Below are positions 20,105-32,156 of a DNA stretch of 34,649 bases, piece after piece. Source of the stretch: Chiloscyllium plagiosum (lineage: Eukaryota); NCBI RefSeq assembly GCF_004010195.1, contig NC_057754.1, positions 3,281,427 through 3,316,075 of the forward strand. The letters are read 5' to 3'. The notes under the pieces were generated by a model, which ran no database searches, was not told the origin of the DNA, and saw nothing but the letters and a program-made list of their open reading frames with translations. The first letter of the stretch is position 1, and each line of letters opens with the position of its first letter. The position numbers and the translations under genes are program-made.

Positions 20105-20990
20105 CAGTGCCCACTCCCTCAGCACTGACCCTCCGACAGTGCGGTGCTCCCTCAGCACTGACCCTCCGACAGTGCCCACTCCCTCAGCACTGACCCTCCG
20201 ACAGTGCCCGCTCCCTCAGCACTGACCCTCCGACAGTGCCAGTTCCCTCAGCACTGACCCTCTGACAGTGCCAGTTCCCTCAGCACTGACCCTCCGACAG
20301 TGCAGTGCTCCCTCAGCAGCGACCCTCCGACAGTGCGGCGCTCTCTCAGCACTGTCCCTCCAACAGTGCCCACTCCCTCAGCACTGACTCTCCGACAGTG
20401 CCCACTCCCTCAGCACTGACCCTTCGACAGTGCGGTGCTCCCTCAGCACTGACCCTCCGACAGTGCGGCGCTCCCTCAGCACTGACCCTCTGACTGTGTG
20501 GCCATCCCTCAGCACTGACCCTCTGACAGTGCCCACTCTTTCAGCACTGATCCTCCGACAGTGCAGCGCTCCCTCAGCACTGACCCTCCGACACTGCGGT
20601 GCTCCCTCAGCACTGACCCTCCGACAGTGCGGCGCTCCCTCAGCACTGACCATCCGACAGTGCGGCGCTCCCTCAGCACTGACCCTCCGACAGTGCGACA
20701 CTCCCTCAGCACTGACCCTCCGACAGTGCCCACTCCCTCAGCACTAACCGTCCGACACTGCGGCGCTCCCTCAGCACTGACCCACTGACAGTGCGGCGCT
20801 CCCTCAGCACTGACCCACTGACAGTGCGGCACTCCCTCAGCACTGACCCTCCGACAGTGCCCACTCCCTCAGCACTGACCCTCTGACAGTGCAGTGCTCC
20901 CTCAGCACTGACCCTCCGACAGTGACTATTCCTTCAGCACTGACTGTCTGACAGTACCCACTTGCTCAGCACTGATTCCCCAACAGGGCA
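20105..20990. repeat. 32/33-bp minisatellite array (mixed units)
   Basis: Interspersed GTGCCCACTCCC (32-bp) and GTGCGGCGCTCCC (33-bp) units. Confidence 0.95.
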
Positions 20991-21221
20991 TTGCACTCTT
21001 AGATAGAGAGGGATTCGCAGAGCAAGAGACACCACTCAAGAGTGGAACCTATCACAAATGAGACACACCCTGCATAAGTGAGAGAGAGAGAGAGATAAAT
21101 ACAACTGGCATGAACAAGGTTTGAGGGCAAGAACCAGAGAGACAGAAATGGTGTGGGAGAGATAGTCAGTTCACTGGGTTGATTCTTCAGGTGAAAAAGG
21201 AGAACAGTGAAAGAGGCTGCA

Positions 21222-21385
21222 GATCAGGCAGCATCAACGGGAAGCAAGAAACAGAGTTCACATTTCATTGTCAATCGATGGCCTTTACTCCAAACATTCC
21301 TCAAAAGTAATCCAAAAATGGCCATGTTGTCCCTTTCTCTGCAGATACTGCCTGACCTTCTCAACATTCCTAACATTTGATTATG
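21222..21385. mobile_element. Heavily decayed fold-back PLE
   Basis: TCAGGCAGCATC..ACAGAGTTCACATTTC on the left and TCTCTGCAGATACTGCCTGACC on the right are remnant inverted arms. Confidence 0.5.
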
Positions 21386-22805
21386 GATCTCTGCACTCAT
21401 CAGGACTAAAGCAAGGATGCTAAATCTCAAACAATCAAACAGTTCACATTATTGGGGGGGGGAGCTTTGTTGGCAAGCCATGTTTGATTGGTTGGCGTGT
21501 TGCCATGGAGACTGCAAAGAGGCACTAAAGGCACCGCAAGCTGCCAAGTAATTCAAAAAGACATGACAGTAAACCAGACTTCTTTTCTTTGCAGAATGGG
21601 TTTCTGTATTTAAGTGTGTGCTCATGTCAATGGGCCACATTTATAAGTTCAAATGATCATCTTCGATTGGTTGTTAATATCGCCGTTAACAGAGTTGAGA
21701 TTATTGGGCAAGTCCTGTCCCATTGTATTTAACTGCAGACGTGTCACACCAATTCACAAATGAACCGAATGGTGCTGCAGTTAGACCTGAGAAATGGCTG
21801 CTCTGCCTCCAATTATCCCAGAAAGTCCAAGTATCACAAATATTTGAACAACGGAATAAAGGGAGTTCTCTGTCGCTGCCACTGTGCAGTATTTCTGGAA
21901 AGAGCGGGAAGCAGTGCCAAACATTGGTGTACCCGACCACTGTGAATCTGAGCAATGCCATGGGTGAATTTCAGAGCTGGGCAATGCCACTTACATTGGC
22001 TGCATGCCCCAGGGACCAGGCAAGCGAATCAAATCACACAATGCTTTAGGCTGTCTGAAACAGGCAAGACTATGGACCACACTGAATCAGCCTGCTCACA
22101 CCAGTAAGGTGCCTACGTGGGGACTGGGTGAGCCACGCTGTTGATCTGTTAACTGGCTATGCACAGAATAAATAGATCTTTTCCACTGCCTCCGAAAACG
22201 TCAGAATGTCGAAAAGCAAAAGCACTTTTATTCTGAAGTGCCGTCACAGCAAGACCCCAGGCACAGCTCTGTGTTGATGATCACTCGCGTTAAAGACAGA
22301 AAGGGGTAGGGAGAGAACGTGGGTGTCAGGTGCTGGGATAGAGGATCAGCTACCGATATACTGAACACAGGGCAAGCCTGGAGGGCTGAAAATCCTACAC
22401 CTGTTCCTGTTTTCTATTTCCACAGTCTGGTGTTTCCGAACTTTGTTTTGAAAAGCTTGCTTTGGGATAACTCTGAGCTTTGTGTGTAAATGTTTTTTCA
22501 CCCTCTCTCCTCACTCAGTGTCATTTTCCCAGAAGTGATGAGAACCAGTTAGGGGCCACTGCGGAATTATATTCTCTATATCGAGGATGGGCAGAAGGAG
22601 AGGTTGCTGCAAATGGATTGACATTGTGAGTTCAAGGCTCAATCACTTCACACTGCTGACCAGCACTGTGGATTATTAAGCACAAAACAAACAAACTAAA
22701 TCTCATCCAGATGAATACTTACACACACCATCCCATCATTCATCACCAGAGGTGGACAATTACGTCTGACTGGGATTTCACTAAGAGGCACAAACTGAAG
22801 AAGTG

Positions 22806-23252
22806 AACACGTGTGTCTGGGTGTGATCATGTGTGTGCATGAGCACCTGTATCTATGTGCATGTGAGTGCCTGTGTCTGTGTGTGAGCATGTGTGAACAC
22901 ATGCATCTATACGCATGCGCCCGTGTCTGTGTGAACAGGTGTGTGGTGAACACAAATATCCACGTGCATGTGAGTGCCTGTGTCTGAGTGTGTGAGAATG
23001 AGTATATGTGTGAACACGTGCCTGAGAGTATGTGAATGCATGTGAGCACATCTGTGTACATGAGTGCATGTGTTTAGTCTGTGAGCAACTGAGTGCGTCT
23101 GTATGAGCATGTCTGTAAGAATGTGTGTGCACATGTGAGTGTGTGTACTGCTGTGAGTGCATGTGTGTGTGTGTCTGTGTATAAATGTGTGAGAGTTCGA
23201 GAGCGTGCGAGAGCACACGTGCATGTTTGTGAGCACGTGTTTGCCTGTGCAC
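22806..23252. repeat. Degenerate (TG)n low-complexity tract
   Basis: TGTG/GCATGT-rich; source of the His/Thr-rich spurious ORFs. Confidence 0.9.
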
Positions 23253-24124
23253 GTCTCTCCTCATTCACACAGATGCACCAGCCGGGCACTCAGAACGGTG
23301 ACTCTCTCCCCAACTGGAAGCTTACAGGGTGACTGGAATGTCCCCTCATTCCTGATCACAATCAGTCTATTCAACCCATCTGCTCCCTACTAACCTCCCA
23401 ACTCATCATCTTACCCCACCACACAATCCTATTTCCTTTTCCCTGGTGGGTTTATCCAGCTTCCCTCCTGAAACACACTGACACAATTCACCTCACCTAC
23501 TGCCAGTGGGAGCAAGTTCCATTTTCTCCCTGTTCACTGGGCACAGAACGATTCGCCCAAATTCCTGGTTGGACTTCTCAATGATGGTCTAACATTGCAA
23601 CCACTCCTGGCTCTGGTCTTCACTATGGCCTATCCTTTAGTGATCTAATACACAGTCCCAGTCTAGCACTTGCCCTAGTGAACTACTAACGCTGCGATAC
23701 TCAATGCTCCTCAGGAGATCAAAAAAAACCTGGATCCCATCCCGTCACAATTCCCAGCTGCTGCCAACTCATTTCCTGAGAGGCTCAGATAATAACTTGG
23801 CTCCAGGAAGCAGAACAAGGCAGATACATGCGTCTGGATACTCTGTAACATAACAGGGGATAGTGGCCGCACGCAGGAGCCTGGGATATCACTGGCTCTG
23901 AACTGAGGCACCCCCTTGCTGACCAGCTACTTTCACGAGAAGCGTGTACTTGACTCAGGGAATGATGTTGTGGCCAGTTGGCCAGTTTATTCCAGCCTCA
24001 CAGCGTGTTGGGTGGAGCTGTCACTTTCTCTGGAGAGATTGCCAATGTTTTCCCCAAACACTGCCCTGGCCAGTGAGTAAATTTCCCGCCATGGCTACAA
24101 CCCCTATTTGTTCCCAGCGAACCT

Positions 24125-24260
24125 CTGAATTTCTTAGTGCCTTTTGTGCCTCCCATGGGATGCTGCAACCACTCAGCTGCGAGCTGCTGATTGGTATAAC
24201 AGAGGAAACGGCAGTTTGGGTAGATCAATCCCCTCACAAACAGCCGATGTGATAATGACA
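24125..24260 (-). mobile_element. Deu-domain SINE 3' remnant abutting the minisatellite
   Basis: + strand TTTCTTAGTGCCTTT..AGGAAACGGCAG..CCCTCACAAACAGCCGATGTGATAATGAC. Confidence 0.55.
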
Positions 24261-24262
24261 CG

Positions 24263-25990
24263 CAGCGCTGACCCTCCGACAGTGCGGTGTTCCCTCAGCG
24301 CTGACCCTCCGACAGTGCGGTGTTCCCTCAGCGCTGACCCTCCGACAGTGCGGTCTTCCCTCAGCACTGACCCTCCGACAGTGCGGTGCTCCCTCAGCAC
24401 TGACCCTCCGACAGTATGGCACCCCCTCAGCACTGACCATCCAACAGTGCGGTGTTCCCTCAGCACTGACCCTCCGACAGTGTGGCACCCCCTCAGCACT
24501 GACCCTCCAACAGTGCGGTGCTCCCTCAGCACTGACCCTCCGACGGTGTGATGTTCCCTCAGCACTGACCCTCCAACAGTGCTGTGCTCCCTCAGCACTG
24601 ACCCTCCGACGGTGTGATGTTCCCTCAGCACTGACCCTCCGACAGTGTGGCACCCCCTCAGCACTGACTCTCCAACAGTGCGGTGTTCCCTCAGCGCTGA
24701 CCCTCCGACAGTGCGGTGTTCCCTCAGCGCTGACCCTCTGACAGTGCGGTCTTCCCTCAGCACTGACCCTCCGACGGTGTGATGTTCCCTCAGCACTGAC
24801 CCTCCAACAGTGTGGTGCTCCCTCAGCACTGACCCTCGGACTGTGCGGTGCTCCCTCAGCACTGACGTTCCGACAGTGCGGTGATCCCTCAGTACTGACC
24901 CTCTGACAGTACCCACTCCCTCAGCACTGACCCGCACTGACCTTCCGACAGTGCGGTGCTCCCTCAGCACTGACCCTCCAACAGTGCGGTGTTCCCTCAG
25001 TACTGACGTTCCGACAGTGTGGTGTTCCCTCAGCACTGACCCTCCAACAGTGCGGTGTTCCCTCAGCACTGACCCTCCGACAGTGTGGTGTTCCCTCAGC
25101 ACTGACCCTCCAACAGTGTGGTGTTCCCTCAGCACTGACCCTCCGATGGTGTGATGTTCCCTCAGCACTGACCCTCCAACAGTGCGGTCTTCCCTCAGCA
25201 CTGACCCTCCAATGGTGTGGTGTTCCCTCTGTGCTGACCCTCCAATTGTGCGGTGCCACCTCAGCGGTGACCCTCCAGTGGCGCGGTGTTCCCTCAGCAC
25301 TGATCCGCTGGTGGTGCGGCACTTTCTCAGCGTTGACCCTCCGATACCGTGGTGTTCCCTCAGCACTGACCCTCCGATAGTGCGGCGCTCCCTCTGTGTT
25401 GATCCTCTGACAGTGCAGCACTCCTTCTGTGTTGACCCTGACAGTGCAGTGTTCCCTCAGCACTGACCTTCCAACAGATTGGTGCTCCCTCAGTGCTGAC
25501 TCTCCAATAGTGTGGCACTCCCTCAGCACTGATCCTCCGACAGTGCGGCATTCCCTCTGTGCTGACCCTCTGACAGTGCAGCACTCCTTCTGTGCTGACC
25601 CTCTGACAGAGCAGTGCTCCCTCAGCACTGATTCTCCAACAGTATGGCGCTTGCTCAGTGCTGACCCTCTGATAGTAGGGCGCTTGCTCAGTGCTGACCG
25701 TCCGATACTGCGGCGCTCCCTCAGCACTTACCCTCAGATAGTGTGGTGTTCCCTCAGCGCTGACCCTCTGATGGTGAGGCACTCCCTCTGTGCTGACCCT
25801 CTGACAGCGCAGTGCTCCTTCAGCATTGATTCTCAGACAGTATGGCGCTCGCTCAGCACTGACCCTCCGATACTGTGGCGTTCCCTCAGCGCTGACCCTC
25901 TGATAGCGAGGCACTCCCTCTGTGCTGACCCTCTACAGTGCAGCATATCCTTGACTCTCATCCTCTTACAGTACGGTGCTTCCTCAATAC
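24263..25990. repeat. 33-bp minisatellite array, increasingly diverged rightwards
   Basis: CAGCACTGACCCTCCGACAGTGCGGTGTTCCCT units. Confidence 0.95.
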
Positions 25991-26000
25991 TTGCAGATGG

Positions 26001-26268
26001 GATTAGATATAGAGTGAAGCTCCCTCTACACTGTCCACATTAAATACTCCCAAGATATAGCACAGGGTTAGATACAGAGTAAATTGTGTCTACTCTTTTA
26101 AACAGAAAGTATATGTCTCTCAACACATTCTTCATCAACACACCCACAACCCAGTGACAGCATGATGTTAGATACAGAGTAATGCTCTCTCTAAACTGTC
26201 CCCATCAAACACTCCCAGGACAGGGACAGCAAGGGATTAAGGTACAGAATATTGCTCCCTCTACACTC
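26001..26268. repeat. Remnant of the ~70-bp minisatellite (opposite orientation to 5690-7296)
   Basis: TTAGATACAGAGTAA..CTCCCTCTACACTGTCC..CATCAAACACTCCCAGGACAGGGACAGC. Confidence 0.85.
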
Positions 26269-26536
26269 GCTAATCAGATGTATTCTGCTCTAATAAGCAT
26301 TCCCATTCAAAGAGAACAGCAGGTACAGTAGACCCTCGGAGCATGTGGTCAATTTCACAGTGAACAGTGACGTACAGCCATTTACTCATATATTGCTTCT
26401 GCCATTTTCCTCTCCCTCTCTCGCAAGGTTTGTCAATAGCAAAGCGTGTGTGGAACACCTTCCTGCCCCAACATTCATACAACTTTAACAAATGGACACA
26501 TGTTTACGGTGAACAGTTTGCACAGACTGCACCTAC

Positions 26537-26704
26537 CTGAAACCAACATAGTGGATAAATACTCCGGCCAACATAATGAAGACACAGTAGCCAAAAACCT
26601 TCATGTTTCTCTTGCGCTTCCTGCTGCTGTGAAAGTCTGCATAATCTTCTGGTGTGGGGTACCGGAACTGCTCCCAGTACCGTTGCTGCTTGGACTTCTC
26701 GTAC
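26537..26704 (-). CDS. DNAJC4: Internal coding exon of a DNAJC4-like gene (post-J-domain linker and transmembrane segment)
   Basis: Acceptor TTCTGTTCCACTTCTCCAAAG| and donor AG|GTAGGT; 168 nt, phase 2-2. Encodes YEKSKQQRYWEQFRYPTPEDYADFHSSRKRKRNMKVFGYCVFIMLAGVFIHYVGFR, matching the recalled vertebrate DNAJC4 pattern YW.QF...N..V.GYC...MLAG...HY..FR. Confidence 0.82.
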
Positions 26705-27349
26705 CTTTGGAGAAGTGGAACAGAAGACAAGGTGAGGACAGACCAACCAAGAAAAGCCAAGCTGAATTCAACAATACCTTACCCTGGAACAAACCAAAAC
26801 TGAAGTCAAATTCCTTTTTCGGAAGGGGGGATTTGTTTGCTGAGAGTTCAGCTATATTCAATTTGCTTCCCTATAATTACAGATCTCCTGAGTAAATTCG
26901 ATTTGCCTGTTTTAGCCTGTACAGCAACCCAGAGTGTGATTTTTTGTTTGGACAGAATGAGAATATCCAGCAGCTGGGTTGTGTCAGCCCAGCAAAATGA
27001 ATCCGAAATAAGCTATTTACTCCTCTGGAGCAAGCTAAAGGTCAGAAGGCCCTCATTTACTTTCCTGAAACAAAAGGCATAAAAGAGCGATTCAGACCCA
27101 AGTCTGAACAGCAACACATAGTTTAACAAACTATACACTCCCTGTTTCACTGATTAAAACACAGCATATCCTTAAAATTCTCGCTCATGAGCACTGGGCT
27201 CCCATCAGATCTGTAGGGAACTAGTTACAGGGACTGCTAACGCACAGCTCCCCTTGATTCAACTCATTCTGAAGCAAAGCAGCCCCTGTTGTTCAGTATA
27301 GTCAGGAATGACTCTAGCCTGCGAAGACTGCCAATGACATGGGTTACGC

Positions 27350-27860
27350 AACATAGAATCAGGCCATTCGGCCCAGCAATCCATGCTGGTGTTTCTACTC
27401 TGTTCCATCTTTCCTCCTCTGAATCTACCATCTTAACCCTCTCATCATGTCTTCCTCCCTTTTAATGCGTCTGTCTGACTCACCCTGACCACTCCCTGTG
27501 AGAGTGAGTCCCACATTCTTCCTACTGTCTGGGTCAAGGCTGTCCTCCTGAACTCCCAATCGGATTTCTCGGTGTTTGCCACACATTGACACCTTCTGCC
27601 GATGCTTTTCCCCACAACAGGAAACATTCTCTCTGCGTTCACTTGATCAAAACCTTCCCACAGACCTCTAATGAGTCACTGCTCAGCCTTCTCTTTCCAA
27701 GCTCCAGCTCCTCAATCCTTTCCTGATCCATGTCCCCAAACATTGCTGTATTGTCCTCTTCAGTCTCCTCTGCACCCTCTCCAGTGCCTTGATATATCCT
27801 CTTTATAATAATGAAGACTTTTGGGCAGGATTTAAGTGTGGTCTAACCAAAGTTTGACTC
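27350..27860 (-). mobile_element. Decayed CR1 LINE 3' region
   Basis: AERMFPVVGKS..FRRTALTQTVGRMWDSLSQGVV; tail GGCCATTCGGCCC on +. Confidence 0.75.
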
Positions 27861-27904
27861 AGGTTCAGTGTTTTCCCCCTCCTTCAAGCTGCAGAAAAGT
27901 AAGA

Positions 27905-28160
27905 TAGGTGCAAATCGGGTAGGTCGGAGAAAAACCTTTCCGCTTAGTGCGGGGTTTCATAATCTGTGGACATAGATTTGAGGTAAGGGACAGGAGACTT
28001 AGAAGAACTTTTCCACCCAGAGGATGATCACTTGGAGTAGCATGACATTTTAGGCTATGGGCCAAGTGCTAGAAAATGGAACTAGTTAATAGGTGCTTGA
28101 AGACCAGAGCATACATAATGGGCTGAAGGGCCTCTTACCATGCCAGGACTCTATGACCAT
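27905..28160 (+). mobile_element. Decayed CR1 LINE 3' end
   Basis: GGACATAGATTTGAGGTAAG..CTTTTCCACCCAGAGG..GGGCTGAAGGGCCTCTT..ACTCTATGA. Confidence 0.7.
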
Positions 28161-28324
28161 ACAGTTCTATTCCTCTCGCTGGATAATCTGGTGTTTGGTT
28201 TGCTGTTTTTTAAAAGGTGTGGCAGTGAGGAAAGGCCACTCTGTAGACCAGCGAGGAGCTTACATGGGGACGTTGGCAGTGGGATTGACACAGTTTCCAA
28301 CTTGTGAGAAGGGAGCTCCGTCAT

Positions 28325-28660
28325 TTAATGAGTCCGTGGCTGATCTGACCATCCTCAACTCCACTTTCCAGCCTTCTCCTCCTGACTCTCAATTCCCTTC
28401 CTGATTAAAAATCTGTCTTCAACATACTGAACGACCCAGCCTCGACTGCCCTCTGCAGTAAAGACTTCCACAGATTCACTGCCCTCTGAGAGAAGAATTT
28501 CATCCTCATCTCCATCTTCGATGGGTCACCCCCTTACTCTGAGATGATGCCCTCTGGTCCTAGACTCTCCCACAAGGGAAAACAACCTTTCTGCATCGCC
28601 CCTGTCAAGTCCTCGAAGAATTTTATGTTTCACTAAGGTCTCAAATGAGTACAGGCCCAA
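28325..28660 (-). mobile_element. Decayed CR1 LINE 3' region
   Basis: KILRGLDRGDAERLFSLVGESRTRGHHLRVRG. Confidence 0.8.
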
Positions 28661-28850
28661 TTGATACAGGCCCAATGAGGACACAGATCCACTCAATACA
28701 GGCCCAATGGATACAGGCCCACAGGCCCAATGAGAACACAGACCCAATGGATACAGGCCCAATGACGACAGGCCCACAGGCCTAATGAGAACAGGCCCAC
28801 AGGCCCAACAAGGACACAGGCCCACAGGCCCAACGAGGACAGGCCCACTC
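28645..28850. repeat. Short ACAGGCCCA(ATG) tandem repeat seeded at the LINE end
   Basis: Repeated ACAGGCCCA/CAGACCCA motifs. Confidence 0.85.
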
Positions 28851-29719
28851 AATTTTTCCTTGTAAGATAGTCCCTTGAGGAATGCACAGTGAGTGACAGC
28901 AGGTTATTGGGATCAGTCTAAGAAAAAGGGACAGGACTGTTGGACTGACTGAGTTGTCAGTGGTCTCCTGGGAGTTCCTCATCCACCTTGAGCAGTGAGG
29001 AAGCATGGTGAACTGGACTGGGATAAAGGACCTCGATTCTCTGGCGAACAGGTGAAGGAGGTGAAGGAGGTGGGGGCGGGGGGGGGCGTGTCTTATCAAT
29101 AAACAATGCAGTAAAAGGACCTGAAAACGCAGTTAGCTGCCCCCCAAAGGGGGAACCGGTGAGGGCTGTCGACACAGCGAGCTGTGATGAGAAGGGAGCC
29201 TTCTTTCAAACACACTGCTCCAGCGAAATGATTGACAATCCTGGCTGTCAGTGGATCAGATGCTGCCTTTCTCTCCACGTTGCTGTGGGGCTCAGACTTG
29301 TTCAGCAGTGGATAGAAACTGTCAACTCGGCATAATGATGAGATGCAGGCGAATTGACAGGTCGGGAATTGTAAATATGAAGGGGAAAGAAAAGGGATGA
29401 AAGGGCGCTGGTTTTTTTTTTACCCTCTCTTTATAAAGCTGGCTGGGGATTATAATGTGAGCTTCTCGCTTCACTGGCATAGACAGGGGGCCTGCAAGTC
29501 CAGGCTGCATCTTTCACTCGCCACGCGTTCCGATGGCTTTGCACACAGGTGTGGATGAAGTGGCACGTCAAGCGTGGATCCGAATTCCTTTGGCTGTTGG
29601 GGGGGGGGGCAGAGAAAATGCTCACTTTTGGGCCATCTCTCCCTCTAGTGCTGCACACGGCCTTTTCCAAACTGAGCAGTGACACAAAAACCTTTTCACA
29701 TCAGCCATGTTCAAACGAG

Positions 29720-30320
29720 GAGCAGCAGCAGCAGCAGCAGGCCATTCAGCCCCTCCAGCCTGCTCCACCGTTTGACACCAAAGTTGCTGACATCCTCTCG
29801 GCCCATCAACTCCACTTTCCCGCCCCTCTCCATAACCCTTCACTAATCACACATCTGTCTATCTCCTCCTCAATGTCCAGGGGAGAATGAATCACACAGA
29901 TGCATGATTCTTGGAGAGAAGTCATTCCTCCTCACCTCTGTTTTAAACCTGCTAGCCCCTACTCGTTCCAGTTTGAAAGGTTTAAACTCGGTTAAAGGAT
30001 AAGGTCAAGGTTAAAGCTTCTACTTTAAATCTGCTAATCTCTACTCGTTTAGTTTAAAAGGTTTAAACTCAGTTAAAGGTTATGGTCTCAGTTAAAGTTT
30101 CTACTCTAAATCTGCTGACTCTACCCATTCTAAGTGACCCAACAAGAAGAAACATCCACTCTATGTCTACTTTGTCAATCCCCTTTACCATTTTATATAC
30201 CTCCGCTAGATCTCAAGCAGGTTTAGGCCTAAACTACTCTATCTCTCTCTCTCTATAAGGCAAACCTCTTATCTCTGGAATTAATCAAGTGAACCTCTTC
30301 TGAATTGCAATTTTATCCAA
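29720..30320 (-). mobile_element. Decayed CR1 3' region with (CAG)n tract and an internal ~81-bp tandem duplication
   Basis: GGCCATTCAGCCCCTCCAGCCTGCTCC follows the (CAG)n tract; ~29961-30042 is repeated at ~30043-30122. Confidence 0.6.
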
Positions 30321-31159
30321 ATGCCTTCCTTTGCACATATAGCTTCTGGCCAGTGCAATCTCGTCACCGCATTTCAGAGGCTGCTGGTCATGGGGGCTCG
30401 GAGTGCAGCGAGGCTGTTTGGCATTTCATTGATATAGCGCCTTTGGCTGGAGCTTTAACTGCATTGGAGGTGGGGGTTCCGATTTGACCTTGAGCTGCCC
30501 AGTGTGGGGCATGAGGGAGCATTGACAGCAATCCTGGTACCCTTCACACTTGGCAAGATCAGGCCCTCACTGGAAGGCCTAGTCATGACACCATGCCTTC
30601 AACAAAACTCCGCAGTGCGGGGAATGGCATTACTGCAGATTTGAAGAGTCGGGTTGGTCGGAGTGTGGAGTAGGGCTGACAGGAAGGAATCAAAAACGTG
30701 GTGGGATAATGATGCTCTCTGAATTGGCCTGAGTAAATCACTCAGCTCAAGGGCAGTCAATGATATCAGCTTCATCTACACTCTCTAAACCAAGAGATTA
30801 GGAGTGGGTCATTCAGCCCTTCCAGCCTGCTCTGTCATTTAATAAGATCATGGCTAATCCGATTGTGGTATCAACTCCGTTTTCCCACCTCCCATCCTCC
30901 TCCCGAAAGCCTCTGGGGACTGCCCGAAGAAAAACATCCACATTGGTTTGGTGCTTGTGCCATCAGGATCCTGAGCTCAGGAATTCTCTCCCCTCTTTAC
31001 TCTGTCTCTGAAAACCTCTCCTTTTCAGTCAGCACTTCAACATCTGTCCCAAATATTTCTTCTGAAGCCCTCGCAATATTACTGTGTTAAAGGTACACTA
31101 TTAATGCAAGCGTGCCTGCTCAGTGCACTCCCTTACTGTACAAACATTGAACTGAGGAG

Positions 31160-31685
31160 CACAGCAGGCCACTCGGCCCTTCAAGCTTGCTGCTCCATTC
31201 AATTAGACCCATGGTTGATCTGATTACTCCATTCTCTGACTGACCCCGATAACCTTTCACACCCTCGCTTATCAAGAATCTGTCTGTGTTTGTCTTAAAA
31301 ATGTTTAGCTTCTTCTTCCATTGGATTTCAGGAAGGGTTCTCAGAGAATTTTTGTTTTCCCATTGCCTTGGTTTTAAATGGGAGACCCCTGATTTTTAAA
31401 CAGCGATTCTTAGTTCTGGACTTTCCCTTAAAAAGAAATGCCCTCTCTACATCCACCCAGTCAGGCCCTCTCAGGGTCTTCTGTTTCAATCAAATCATCT
31501 CTTAACTAAAACAGATACACGCCTAGCCAGCCCATGAGACAACCTGCCCACTCCAGTGTAGTAAACCCTCTCTGAGCTGTCTGCGATGCATTTACATCCT
31601 TCTTTAAAAACAGAGACCAATACCGTTCACATTACTCCAGCTGTACTCTCACCAATGACCGGTATAACTGAAGCATAACTTCCCC
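31160..31685 (-). mobile_element. Decayed CR1 LINE 3' region
   Basis: GGCCACTCGGCCCTTCAAGC...AGAGACCAATACCGTTCACATTACTCCAG. Confidence 0.65.
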
Positions 31686-31707
31686 CACAGGAAATGATAA
31701 CTTTAAT

Positions 31708-32156
31708 GGAGTCACAGAGCATGGAAACAGACCCTTCGGTCCAACCAGTCCACGTTCCCAAACTAAACTAGTCCCATCTGCCTGCTCCTGGCCCATATCC
31801 CTCCTAACCTTTCCTATTCACGTCCTTATCCAAATGGGTTTAAACGTTGTAACTGTATCTGCATCCACACACAAACCACCCTCTGTGTGAAAAAGGTGTC
31901 CCTCGGGTCTTTTCTAGATCTTTCTGCTCTCACCTGAAGAACATGCTCCCTAGTTTTGAACTCCTCCCACCCTGGGAAAAAGACCTTTGGCTCTTCACCT
32001 AATCTATATCCCTCATGATTTTATAAACCTCGACAATGTCACTTCTCAGCCTCCGATGCTCCAGTGAGTAAAGTCCCAGCCTCTCCTTAAAACTCAAACC
32101 CTCCATTCCAGCAACTTCCTGGTGAACCTTTTCTGAACCTTCTCCAGTTTAATAAT
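31708..32156 (-). mobile_element. CR1/HER1 LINE 3' region
   Basis: GGAAACAGACCCTTCGGTCCAA tail on +; similar to 13532-13699. Confidence 0.8.

Noticed and set aside
23998..24261. ORF with faint likeness to NUDT22 (a human DNAJC4 neighbour)
   Set aside because: The matching part overlaps a SINE remnant and there is no Nudix motif.
28957..29175. Proline-rich minus-strand ORF as an upstream DNAJC4 exon
   Set aside because: No J-domain residues; the prolines come from a G-run, and the splice signals are weak.
29549..29890. PolyQ-containing ORF
   Set aside because: The (CAG)n tract is at the tail of a minus-strand CR1 remnant.
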